A stretch of DNA of 64,000 nucleotides from Narcine bancroftii. Taxonomy: Eukaryota. Below are positions 13,771 to 26,310 of the stretch, piece by piece (positions within the stretch are counted from its first letter, which is position 1; every line of letters begins with the position of its first letter). The stretch is from the NCBI RefSeq assembly GCF_036971445.1, contig NC_091473.1, forward strand, positions 255,502,001-255,566,000, read 5' to 3'. The translations under genes and the position numbers were made by a program. The notes under the pieces are model-generated. The model did no database searches. It saw only the letters and a list, made by a program, of their open reading frames with translations, and was not told where the DNA came from.

Positions 13771-16579
13771 TCCTTTCATCCACCTGTCCAACGTTCCAGA
13801 GAACCTGCTTTCAATCCTCCCTCTCAAAGGGCATTGCAGATACCAACTGTTCAGTACAAGCACGTCTTCCCAGCACTGCTTTTAACAATTCCATTCATTT
13901 TGTCCCCAAATTCACCTCCGCTGCTCCACTGGGAACATTTCCTCACCATCTGGCCTTACTTGACCTGTAAATTATTTTTATACACATTTACTTTGCATCA
14001 TTTGTGTGTACTGGGTGTGTGGAGACGCACTCTCATCAGACTGTTCATGTAGAATCAGATGACAATAAGCTTGAGTGAAACATGAAAGTCTAAAAACAAG
14101 ATGCTGGAGAAGGTAAAGATACAGAACTGGTGTCTCAGGCTTGAGCCCCTCATCAAAGTATGAGAAACGTAGGCAAATGTCTGAACAAAATGGTGGGAGG
14201 GGCACAGTCCTACCGCAGGAGGTAATGGGTGGATAAGGGAGGGAGGGGACATCCACAAGCAGGGGGACAGCTCTGAAATGGAGAGGGAGGGGCTGGAGAC
14301 CATGAGGAAAGGAAATAAAGGGATGGGGAAAATTAGGACAGGGAGAGGGCTAGCAGAAACCGGAGGTCTATATTAATGTCATCCGATAAACTTGAACTAG
14401 ACAGTAAATGCCTAAGCTTTCTTGAATAGCAGCCTCGGCACATCAAACTGAGGAGAGCTCCTATGTGCGGAGGGTTTGAGGCAACAGCTCAGCTTTGTGG
14501 ATAGATTGCATAGTTTCAAATTTCCACCATGCCAGTAGAGCCACATTTTGGGGGATTTACTACCCCAGAGTGGAATTTACGTCACGAGTGCAGCAGAAGT
14601 TCACCCGGCTTTCACTGAAACACTTGCAGTGGGGGGGGGGGGGGGGGGGGGGCTTGAAACACCAATGGTTCTGGCTGCAGGTTTTAAAATAAGATTTAGA
14701 AACAGAAGTTACAGGCCATTCCAGCCCATGAGACCCGTGCCACCAAATTGACCTACAATTCCCGAGGAAACTGGATCCCCTGGGGAAACCCACAAAGACA
14801 CAGGGAGAACATACCAAATCCTTACAGACTGCACAGGATTCAAACTCTGGTCCCGATCGCTGGTACTGTTAACTGCTTCGCCAACCATGTCGCCCAGTTG
14901 GGGTGTGTGAAATACAGGATGGAAGACAGATGTCAGCAGATCTGCTCCTAATGGGTGACCATCAAGCCTGGTAACAAAGCATTGGCCCATAGCTTTTCAC
15001 CAGGGAGGACCAGTAAACCCATCCACTGGAATAAAGTTTGCATTTAATTTTTTTAAAATTTAGACATACAGCCCAGAAACAGGCCACTTTAGTCCACAAG
15101 TCCATACTGCCCAATTAACCTACAACCCCGATAAGTTTTGAACAACTCCCAGAGAAAACCCCCACAGACACAGGGAGAATGTACAAACTCCTTACAGACA
15201 ACGTGGGATTCAAACCCCAGTCCTGATCTCTGGTGCTGTAACAGCATTGCGCTAACTGCTACACTAACCAAACCACCCACCCTTGGACAGGGGAGATGGG
15301 GAGGCCTGGGCTATGTTGTATGAATTATTCATTATTGACCAATTTTTTTTTCTAATTAATCCATTTGAAGTTTTGAAAATGATCAGGGACTTTACAAACT
15401 GTTCAAAAGACCATCTAAAGGAGGCAGGCAGCTCTCTGTAGCAGCCTCCGGGATACACAAGAGGAGTCCATCTTTCACCCAGCACCCAATCTCTCAATTT
15501 TAAAGAGAAAGGTAATGCCCATCTGGGGCTTGGCCCTCTGCTCAGCGAGGTACAGGGTGTGATGAACCCAGGACCCCAGCCCATATATGGCCTCCCCAGC
15601 CTGTACTTTGGCTGCATGTCCTGCCCCCACTACCCAGAGAAGAGCATTTGGACTTCAGAATGCAAATTGTCCACGGATCAAAAATGCGAGCAAAGGCTTT
15701 CCCATGGATGGGCATTGAGATAGCACAGATAAGTTGCTGCCTCGTTGTTCACCAATCACAGCTTTGTTCTCGTTTCAAGGCTACATTCAATATTTACATG
15801 ACTCCTAACCAAATATACACAAATACTGGAAGGGAAATGAAAAGGACCCCATCGCCTTTACCATTAAAAAGGAGAAAGGTGGAAGCAGTCGTCTCAAGTT
15901 TTCAAATGGTAATGGGTAGCAACGTAATCCCAGTCACGGTGCCTGGACGAGGCTGGATTTAAATGGAGTGTAGGTTTTAAGAAGTTCCACCACAACTCTT
16001 AATATCTCATTTATCATAGATCTCCCCAGATACACCACCTGACACTTGGGGAGATTACAACCATTTAACTATTTTCTCTATCCTCCTGTTTAACAACTTT
16101 CTGTTTATACAACAAGCGAACTCTCCACGACTCCCACATGTCCAAATGATTCATATTCCAAAGACCAAGAGTCTATTTACTGGGCCCGTGAGGAACCCCA
16201 CTGGCTGTAAGTGTGGAGTAGGTAGGGCAGAGGATTCATTTTTGCAGTTCTAATCCACCCTTACCCAACAGAATCAAAGCTCGACAATCTCAGCCAAGGT
16301 ATTGTATAAACAAAACCCACATGATATTAGTTTACCCCCAAATAATTCACTTGCATTGTGAGCAAACTCTGATCGTGCAGACTCCTGTGTGAGGGAACTC
16401 CTGGGCTTGGCTTGTTGACAAGACTCCCTGGGCTAGATTGGCTCAATATCAACCAAACCTGTGCTGTAGGCATGGGGTATAATGCAGCAATGCTGATGGA
16501 ACATCGCATCTCTGTGGCCAAGTCCTTGAAGTGATCTCAAATCAGCCATCCTCATTTTAATTATTCATTTTCCCCCCAA

Positions 16580-17545
16580 AATAACTTTATTCACACGAAC
16601 TTTACAAAAAACATTCAAAGTCTCTTCCCGCCCTCAGTTTCATATCACTGTACACTTACATTCATTTCCAAAATAAAGACACTGGTGTGGCCAAATTTGG
16701 AGTATTGTGTGCAGGTTTGGTCACTGAACAATAGGAAAGATCTCAATAAGATAGAGTGTAGAGACTTACTAAGATGTTGCTTGGACTTCAGGATCTGAAT
16801 TGCAAGGGAAGGTTAAAAATGGTTCAGCACAGACTAGAAGGGCCAAAAGGGCCTGTTTCTGTGCTGAAGTGTTCTTTGACTCTATTTTCACTATTACCAC
16901 CACTGTGGCACCTTGTTGTTACTCTACCACCCCCCCCCCCCCCACCCCCAGTCTCAGCCCCTCAATGCCCAGTAATGGGACGACTGTTGGCTGCGGTCCT
17001 TTCCCACAGAGCCCTCACATTGGCTGTGCCAAGCTTCAGTGGGTCCCTCAGCACATAATCCGGTAGCCTAGAGTGTGCCAGTGGCAGGATTCCCACACTG
17101 ACATCGCCATGTGCTGAAAGGCCAACAGGTTTCGGGCATCATGGTGGAAAAGTGACGATTATCTGCCTTGAAGAGAGTTGTTCTGGTGAGGGCGCTCCCA
17201 TAGCAGGTTGGGGGGGGGGGTTGCTCCAGGATTCAGACCCAGCAACAGAAGAGGCCTAGGATAGTCCACAACTGGAGGGGAATCTGTAGATGATGCTCTC
17301 TGTGGTCTGGGAGTACTGTCAGAGTAGCCCAGGTTAATGCATTGTGAGGGCACCAGACAAAACAGCCGTGGTGCGCCGCCATGGCAGCGTCTGCTTCCCC
17401 TTGGATGGTGTGGAAACTGGGCCAACGTTCACCAGGCAGGTGGAGATCATGTCTGACTCGTACTTGTTGGCTGGTGAGTCACTTGCTTGCCTCAGGATAC
17501 CCAGCCTCTGATGTGCCCTTGACATTCTTTTCATGAACATTCATC
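16580..17545 (-). mobile_element. Tx1-like LINE 3' fragments, interrupted by a CR1 piece at about 16680-16870
   Basis: YVLRDPLKLGTANVRALWERT-like C-terminus, homologous to 13480-13770. Confidence 0.6.
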
Positions 17546-19153
17546 ATCTGCCCCCAACCCAAAATTCAACAATCACAATTTAAGCCAATTGCCTCTGACC
17601 CTGCTATTGCAGATTATCCCTGCCTTGTACACACCATACCTGGTCTGGGCTCTCCATTCTGGAAACAACCCAGCAGTGAAGCAGGTGAGGTGACAACAGT
17701 CACTGATACCTGCTGGCTCCGCTAGTTAAACAGGTCACACGGCTTCGGAAGCTCCCTCCGCTTCAGCGGTGCGGTTAAATATTCCTCAAGGGATCAAAAC
17801 AACATGCGCTTGGCCAGGAATCGACATTGAAATTCCATCAACACGTGACAGAAAACAAGAGGAGAAACTGGATCAAGGAATGAGGGGGGAACAGGGTCAC
17901 AGCCATGGCATTCAGCGTCAGAGACCAAGAAATGACTTCAACCCCTTCATGTGTTTTACCTCTGCACCATGCACAGTTTTATCGACAGATAACTCCCATC
18001 ATTAGGAATACAAATGTGAAGGCAAGTGCCAAGCTGTGAGTAAACCAGCAGTTAGAAGCACTAAAGTCTCCAGTCACAAATGCACAAGTGCTGGAGGAAC
18101 TCGGCCAGTTTCGCACTGTCCATAGGAGGTAAAGATTTATTATTGATGTTTCCAGCCTGAGCTTTTTATACCTTTTATTTAAACAATAAAGAATCCAAAC
18201 TGAACTATTAACAATTTGACAGACCTCAGCCTGTCTCACAGGCACCATCCGTAGGAGGGGAAAATACATCATCGCCGTTTCCTTGAGGAAGGGCTCAGGC
18301 CCAAAACATCAGTCATACATCTTTGCCTCTTCGTATAGACCAGATGAGTTCCTGCAGCAGTTTATGTCATTAGAATCCTACTTAATGACTGTGGTGGGGA
18401 AGTAATTGTCAATTCAACCAAACCAATCAAAGTTTCATTAGAAATCAGGTTGGAGGTCTGACAAAATTACCCACTAGAATTCGACCAACTTTTAAGTAAG
18501 TTTATTGTGGTAATGGATTAAATAAAAATATTGTAAAATTAAGTTGATAACATCACAATATGGATTTAGCTCAAATTCCTTTGACAAGATACCAATGAAT
18601 ATGAGCACCTTTAATTCTGTGTATCCTTATATTCACAGCACAATTAAAACATTTTCATTTAATAAAATTCTGATGAATGGTCTTCAATCTGATGTTTCTT
18701 ATCCCACATTTACTGCCCGAGCTGCTGGGTATTTATAGCATTGGAAGAGAATTATTTTGAGGCCATTGCTATTGTGAGTAAAGTTAATCAGTAGACTTGT
18801 TCCCAGTACCGAGTTGATGGGATGAGTGCCTGACCCCAGGGATGGCCCTTCTATCACCAGCCTCGTGACAGCCAACCTCGAACCCAGCAAGGTCAACCAG
18901 CTCACGATGCAGACCAGCACCAGCTTCACTATTCAATACGAGGAAAATTAAATTGATGTTCCACATTGGGACCTGGTTCCGAGGTCCACTCTGGAACTAC
19001 TCCCATGGCGAGGACTTCGCTACAGCATTTGCAGTTGGACAAGTTCTTGCCCTCTCTGGGAAGGTTTCCAGTGAACACGATAAATGAATTTCCTTAACGC
19101 TGCTAGACATTGTACCAAGTCCATGAATACCTACCATTCCCCGAGATCTTTGT

Positions 19154-20352
19154 TTACTCTTTCAGAAGACCAAGCTTTCTCAGGGCTTCTTTGTGGTCCT
19201 TGTTAGTTGGCCCTTGCGGCACGACTTGCACATTAAGGCCCTTGGGTGGCGATTTGTGAGGTTTGGCAGAGATGTGGTGTATTTTTATTGGGAAAAATTT
19301 TCGTGCTGGTTTCTCAGACGATACTTCCCCGAGAGTAGTTCCATGCTTGGCCGACAGATCTGCCTCCGAGCATAGGGACATAGGCCTTGCTTTGGGCATC
19401 TTGTTCAGACCAGAAGCATCAGCAGCACTGCCCAATGTGCTCGGAACTAGGCCAGAGTAGGAGGCCAGCTGGCTATTGTCACCTGAAGAGCCAAATCTCT
19501 TGAGGCTGTTGGCCTTACTAGAGCTCAGGGGCCAGTATGGCAGGCTGGCATTTCTCACATGGCCCTCGTTTACATTTGCTGATCTTTTGACAATTGGCAG
19601 TGTCTTGCTCGTGCCAGCGTTAAGGGCAGTGCTGGCAGACGTGTTGTGAGCAGAACTAAAGCTTGTGGTGGGTGGAATGTTTTCACCAGGGGTGGTGAAC
19701 CTCTTCAAGCTGCTCGACTTTGTGTTTGGAAACTGCCGCTGAAATTTTACATTTTCAGGTTTATCAGGAGCCAAACCAGTTCCAACGGTTGGAGCTCTCG
19801 GACCACGAAGCTTGTTCTTCTGCTCATCCACCTCTGTGTGGGTGCTCCTCATCTCATTACCTCCAGTGCTCAGACAATAACTGGACGTCTTCACCAAATC
19901 TGAATGGTTCTTCTTCTGGCTGTTTGTCTCTGATAACAAACCCAGCTTAGCCAGAGCTGCCAACCGGACCCGTTGTGCCTCGCCCTCCGTACTGCCTTCC
20001 TTGGCTGCACCATTGCTTTGCAAACCATCTTTGGACACTTTGTAGATGCTCTGAGGATGTGACGCAATATCATTGTTCTTGTGGTAGCTTCTCAACATGA
20101 TGTTGGGGGGTAACTTCCCAGGTTTAGGGGCAGTGGGAGGACCCAACTTTACCTGATCATATTTGGGAACCACTGTTGTGAGAGATCTTTCTCCAGTGTT
20201 GGACTCCAAACCAGCACTCTCACTGCTGGCCTTCGACGTATGCTCTGAGAGAATACTCAGTCCAGAATTTGACTCCAGCACCCGAGGGAAGGTCAAATCA
20301 TTGCTATCCTTGCTGAGTGGAGAAACTGCTCGTGGGACTTTGTCAGCGGGTT
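19154..20352 (-). CDS. C1orf116: C1orf116/SARG (specifically androgen-regulated gene protein), large terminal coding exon
   Basis: The ORF contains SARG hallmarks GPPTAPKPGKLPPNIMLRS, RLAALAKLGLL, RPMSL and the C-terminus GLNVQVVPQGPTNKDHKEALRKLGLLKE*. Acceptor tcctttcag|AA gives phase 1, matching the upstream exon. Syntenic with YOD1 and PFKFB2. Confidence 0.92.
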
Positions 20353-20834
20353 CTGAAAGGAACAAGATTAGAAAAGTTTTGATAATTACACATTCAGTGA
20401 GTTGCAAATCAACTCTATTCTTTTAAAAGTACACACCTAGAGATGGCTTTAAAACAAGCATTTTAAAAACCTGTCAAGGTTTGGACTACACTTTGAATGG
20501 TTAAATTCATGCACAGTTTTTCAAATCGTTCAGTCAGGTAACGCCCAAAGTAAAACAAAACAGGAAATTATAATATAAAATTGACCCAAATTACGAGCAC
20601 AGGCATTTCATTGATCTATCTGCCTGTTAGATGGGAACTGACACCAGAGTTCAAATGACCATGGGAGTTGAAGTGAAAGCTGAACCAGAATCAGTGGTTT
20701 TGAAACATTCTGGTGTCTGAGGCAATGACTAAAAGCATTCAGAGTCCAAATTATTCAAATATACAGAGTGATTTGAAACAAGCAAAACGATTCCTTATTT
20801 GAGTATCACTTCCTTTTCCTCAAGTGATCTTTCA

Positions 20835-21395
20835 GGGTTTTTTTCAATATTTTTAATTGGTTTTATCAAATAAATGTTTGTCGCAATAATAAAGTACGAA
20901 CGTATCTCATACGGCAATACAAATAGAACATTAAAAAGAAAAACATGACTAAATATCTAATTCAATCCCCTCCCTTCAGAGGCGACTGATTAACACAAAC
21001 ATTCCACTATTAATAATAAAAGGAAAACCAAAAACTAGATAATCTTACAAATTTTGAAAACAATTAAGAACCTGATAAAGAAACAAAATTCAGATTCCTT
21101 TCAGTTGTCAATTGTGGAACATCTGATTTTGTCCAAAGTCAGACATGCCATCATATTAGACAATCCTTGAGTGAAGGGGAGGGACGCCCATTAAAATGAG
21201 CCTTCTAGCGATAATGGAGGTGATGGCAGAGACATGGAAGGGGGAAGCAGTCAGAATTAAACCAAATGCCCCACTTATTCCAAAGAGAGCGAGAAAGGGA
21301 TTTGGAGTCAAAGTAATGTTAAGAACTAAAGTCAAGGTACAAAATACCCCTTCCCAAAAATTGGAAAGAGAAGGACATAACCAGAACATCTTTTA
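20835..21395 (-). mobile_element. L1-clade 3' fragment in a C1orf116 intron
   Basis: MFWLCPSLSNFW...ALFG...IARRLIL (L1 ORF2 C-terminus) and an A-rich tail. Confidence 0.75.
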
Positions 21396-21836
21396 GGGGG
21401 TTCCAATGTTTCCTCATGTGCAGAGATTCTTCACACCATTTCACACCTTGCTCACAAAGTGGTCACGAGAAACTACATTAGACCATCACAGGCCCATGGA
21501 CAATTGGCAGAAGTGCATTTAAAAATACATCAGCAAGTCACCAGAGATAGGTGAGGAGGGGTTATTGGAAGCGTTAGTCGATAGCGCCATTGAGATGACA
21601 TCAGGGAAACTACACAAGGATTTTAAAGGGATGTCTCCTGCCTTTGTTTACATCAGGGCAGCCTGCTGTTCCCCAAGGTGTGGGAGAAATTCACACCCAG
21701 TTGAAATCACCACTTCACTCAGAAGAGCAGAAATCCTTGGTTGCCCTCAATGGCCAAGCATGACCCCAGCCTGTATACCTGATTCACTCTCAGCCAGTTG
21801 GAAGCGTGGGCAGAAGATGATCAAGCAGAGCCTTAC

Positions 21837-22020
21837 CCGTAGTTTGAAAGTGCGGGGTTTCAGGATGAGGTGCAGGGAGCTTCTCCGACAGGCTCCCATT
21901 CTTAATTGGTTCCGTTTCTGATCGTTCCAATTCTTCAATACTCAAGGAATCAATGGTCTCTTCAAGAAACCTCAGGCATTCCCTCTCTTCCACTGAAAGG
22001 TAGTTCCAAAATTCATCATT
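21837..22020 (-). CDS. C1orf116: C1orf116/SARG internal coding exon (184 nt)
   Basis: Translates NDEFWNYLSVEERECLRFLEETIDSL..., the conserved LSxEE(K/R)ECLxFLEETIxSL motif. Acceptor ctacctttcag and donor G|gtaagg; phase 0 in, phase 1 out. Confidence 0.92.
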
Positions 22021-23257
22021 CTGAAAGGTAGTGAAAGCCTTTAAGCCTTTGGCCAGAGATAGAGGTGAAATTTCAACAAATGCAGCTGGTCAGATTTAAA
22101 ATTCAGGCTACGAATCAGAAGGACTCGCCAGAGCTCACTCTGAATCATTTGGCCAAAAATACAACTCCCAGAGCCGCAGAAACCAGCGAGCTCTGCAATG
22201 AGAGCCTCCAAATCATGTGTCGGACCCACATTCTGGTGAATATCCTGTTTAACACAAAACCCAGGCAAAACTCTGAAATTCAAATGAAACTTCAATCCCC
22301 TGCCCACTCCACTTGTCCAACCAGCCTCAAATGAGAGTGGACTCAAATGCCTCGTGCAGTTTTCTGAACATGCCCAATTCATCAATGCAAGGCAGAAGTA
22401 ACCCATTCTGCTAATGAGCATAATTATGCAGACACCTCCAAAAGAAAACAGGGAGAACCGTACAGCCAATAATACAGCATGCAAGGAGGGCACTTGGTCC
22501 ATCAGATGGGCATAAAGATCCAAGTACCTGGAGCTCCCTTTCCTGAAGGTCATGGTCAAATTCCCCTCTGAAAGCTTCTTCCACTCAACTCAAACCATAC
22601 ATTATCAACCCCAGCACAGGCCTTGGCCATCCCCACCTTGTGCGCACCCCCTCACCCCACCCCAGGCCTTGGACCCCTCCCCCACACATTCCCAAAGCCA
22701 CACACCAATTGGACATCATCAGGCAGCAGCAATGGAGAGAGAAAGAGAATTGACATTTCAGGCAGATGAGCCCAGTGGATCTATTGGACTCCTTCCAGGT
22801 TACAGGCAGCTATCTATTGTATTCCCCTCCCCCCCCCACCCCACAGAATTCCTGCAGCCAAGTCTCAAGCTGGAAAACTACTTCAACGACCAAGACATGA
22901 GGGGCTCCTTGTGTGTCCAAGGACATTTGTCGTCTGGCCTCGGGCAATGCGACAGTAGAATTCACACACTCTGAGTATATCAAGGTGTAGGTGCAGCCCT
23001 CGTGAAGGAGGAGGGGGTCTCGGTTTAGGATGGTTCAGTTTCAGCTGTTAGACTCCTGAATGGAGTACATACCCTTCTCTAACTGCACTTTTCTCCATTC
23101 CCTGCGTGATTTGACCCGTTACACAACTCCCTCCACACCTGCCTTGCACATTGTTATATCTACTAGTGCAGCTCCATGAGCTGATGGCCTGGAAACCTCA
23201 CAAAACAAACCTTCTTACTGCACAACAATCCATTTTCACCGAACATGCAGCCCCTAT

Positions 23258-23865
23258 CCCCTTTCACACCGTCAGTACACGTGGGATGAACCAGCCAAAA
23301 ATACTGGGTCTAAAGTGGGTAAATCTGGCGGCGGTATTAAAGGTTCCAACTGAGCAAGGCGAGTAAAAATCAACCAGGCTTTGTCTCTTGGGGGGCCTGC
23401 CAGAGTGCGGCTTTGCAGGGGGGGCGGCTGCCAGAGCGCAGCCAGAGGGGTGGGGGTTGCCAGAGCGCGGCCAGTGGTTTAAATAATTGCAAGGTTACTT
23501 ATAATACAGAATACAATGTAATGGTATGCAAATAGTTGTTATTCTCTGTTGTTTAGGGGATAATGACAAGCTGGTCTGTGTTTATCCTAAGTTTGAACAG
23601 TGTGAAGCCCACTGCATTAGATTTTCCTTCAGTCTTTTATACATTGTACGCGCTTGTGCTTTATTCCCGCTATGATTTCACTGCCCTGCAAGTACGTAAT
23701 ATTTCACTCAGGATGTCACCGCTGGGGGCAGGGACCCCCCCCTTTAAAATGCCGGGTTCCCAATGAGCCAGGTAAATCATGGTGTAGTAGGAAAGGCTCC
23801 CGGAGTGAAGCATGCCCGGAAAGTTTACCCATTTCCTAGGAGGGCTGGCAGTGTGAAAGCGGCTG
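23258..23865. mobile_element. Possible PIF/Harbinger-like MITE
   Basis: Imperfect TIRs CCCTTTCACACCG ... CAGTGTGAAAGCGG and an internal GCCAGAGCGCGG repeat. Confidence 0.45.
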
Positions 23866-25654
23866 CCACAGCAAAGCAGCAGCTTTGATTACGTGCTCAG
23901 ACTTCTGGGTTACAGTCAAGTTTATTGTCATCTGATTGAACTAGTATAACCCGACGAAACAGTGTTTTCCAGTCCTCGGTGTAAACACGCAGACACACAA
24001 CCAGATATAACACACATACCAACAAACAATTCATACACAGGACAAGGATTTAGTTATACAAATAAATAGTTTTGTACATGAGTCTCGGATGGTTCGTGTG
24101 AGCATCTCCTTTGGTTGTTCACCATTCTCACTGGCCATGGGAAGAAGCTGTTCACCCCTGGTCCATCCACAGTGGATGCTGCATAATGGCTTGTTGTCCA
24201 GATATGACTGGATGAAGCCTACTCGCAGAAGTAGAATAGAGAATCAACTATAGTCACTGGAATCTTGGGCAAATAATGAGCTGCTGGATGGACTTAGTGG
24301 GCCAGGAAGGATCAGTTTCAGGTTGGGGTAAAAACACAAAAATTCTGGAGGAATTCAGCCAGTCTTGCAGCATCTCGGAGGTAAAGGTATCAAATGACGA
24401 TTTGGGCCTGAGCCCTTCTTCAAGGATCTTTACCTCCTATGAACACTGCAAGACTGGCTAATTTCCTTCAGCATTTCTGTGCTTTGACTACAACCACAGC
24501 ATCTGCAGACTAGTGTTTCACTCAGGTCCAGGTTGGGACCCTGTATCGAGACCAAAAGGGTCCCCACCAGGACCAGTGGCTGCCCACTTCTCTCCATGGA
24601 CACTGCCTGACCCAGAGTCGCTCCAGCTTCTCACTGTTTTGCCAAAGGTACAAGATTTGAAGTTGCTATCCCACCCGTATTCCACAAGGTCATCACTCAG
24701 GTGTTGAAGTGTGCAGGGACAGGCATGGGAAATGACAGCACGGACTTGGGCTGCATTCCTGCTCTCAGCCCAAGTGACCGATGAGATGGAGGCACCTGCA
24801 TAGTGAACACTGATGTGTCAGTGATTAATGTCCGTTTTTCCTCAATGTAACACACACTGAGTGATTTATGGTGTGAAAAATAAAAAATTTAAAAAAAAAA
24901 GAAAAAGAAAGAATTTCTACATGGTCAAACCAAAATGTATACAAATAACCTTGAATAAATTCTGGAACGTGCAAAAAAAAAGTAACACACACTGGTGGTG
25001 GCCACAAACTATTCAATGAATGTCCACCTGACAGAAAAGGGTTTTCGAAACTGAGAACATAAAACATTACAGGACCAGCCCTTCAATTCAGTGTTGGGCC
25101 AACCGATAGAAATTTAATCTAACCCTTCCCTACCCCACACCCATAACCCTGACTTGCGTCCATCCACACATACGAACGTAATTTAAAAAAAAATACTGTA
25201 CAGGCAGCACCCTCCCCTGTCCCTGCCAGGAGTCTGAAGTACCGCTCCTGCCGGGAGGCCTAGTTTGTGACAGCAGTGTCACCCACATTTGGATTTGGAA
25301 CACATGCCCAAATTGCCGTCGCTCTCCCTCCCTCCTCAATCTTTTGCCCCCTCCTGGCGACATCAATCTGCACATGCGTTCCAAATTGGGCTTATCTATG
25401 GAAAATAACACCTCTTGCGAGAGCTGGCCTTTGTGGCCACCATGTTGTGATATTTCGCAGCATTTTAACTCCTTGAATCCTATTTATTCTGACAGTCAGA
25501 GAGATTTTTTTAGAGGCCAGTAGAGTCCGCAGGGTGAGAAGGATTCTTACAGAAGGAAATTGATCATTTTACAGGTAGGGCAATTCCAATACGTCCATTC
25601 CGAGATGCACCCAGTCATCCAGGACGGAATACTGACACACGTCAGGAGAACCTG

Positions 25655-26000
25655 TATTTTTCTTCCATCCATGTGCCCAAGTCTCTTAAGTGTCCCTAAA
25701 GTTTCAGCCTCCATCACCACCCCTGGTAATGCCCTTCAGGTACTGCCAACTCTAAAAACCTTACCCCAACATCTCCCCTAAACTTTCCTTCCCTCACCTT
25801 GAACAGATGTCCTCTGGTGTTTGCTAACATCTGCCCATCCTGTCTAAACCTCTCAATCTTGTAGACCTCTATTAAGTCACTTCTCATCGTTCTCCACTCT
25901 GCAGAAAAAAGCCCCAGCTCTGTTAACCTTGCCTCATAAGACATCCTCCAATCCAGGCAATATCCTGGTAAATCTCCTATGCACCCTCTCCACAGCTTCC
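25655..26000 (-). mobile_element. CR1-clade LINE 3' fragment
   Basis: ERVHRRFTRILPGL / SYEARLTELGLFS...RSDLIEVYKI...TRGHLFKV. Confidence 0.85.
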
Positions 26001-26029
26001 ACATCCAACCAGAACTGAAGACAATGGTC

Positions 26030-26310
26030 CAATCTTCCTTCCCCACCTTCCAGGACTCCTTCCAAGTGAAGCATGAATGGATTTGGATTATTTTTGTATT
26101 CAGGTTCACAATGCAAGTTCCTCCACACTGGGGAGACCAGGGTGTGGCTGGTGGGCCATCTCCCGCTGTTCAATGCAGAAGGGTGATCTGACCATCTCAC
26201 ACTGACCTCTGCCATAGCTCTTCTACATTGAGCAATACCTAAAGGCAGAGCAGCACCTTCAGAATTACGCAAGATCCTCGATGCACTGAATTTAACACGT
26301 TCAGATGGAT
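26030..26310 (+). mobile_element. Degraded Penelope-like GIY-YIG endonuclease remnant
   Basis: Degenerate SFQVK...(I)FCI..QCKFLHTGET pattern across frameshifts. Confidence 0.5.
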
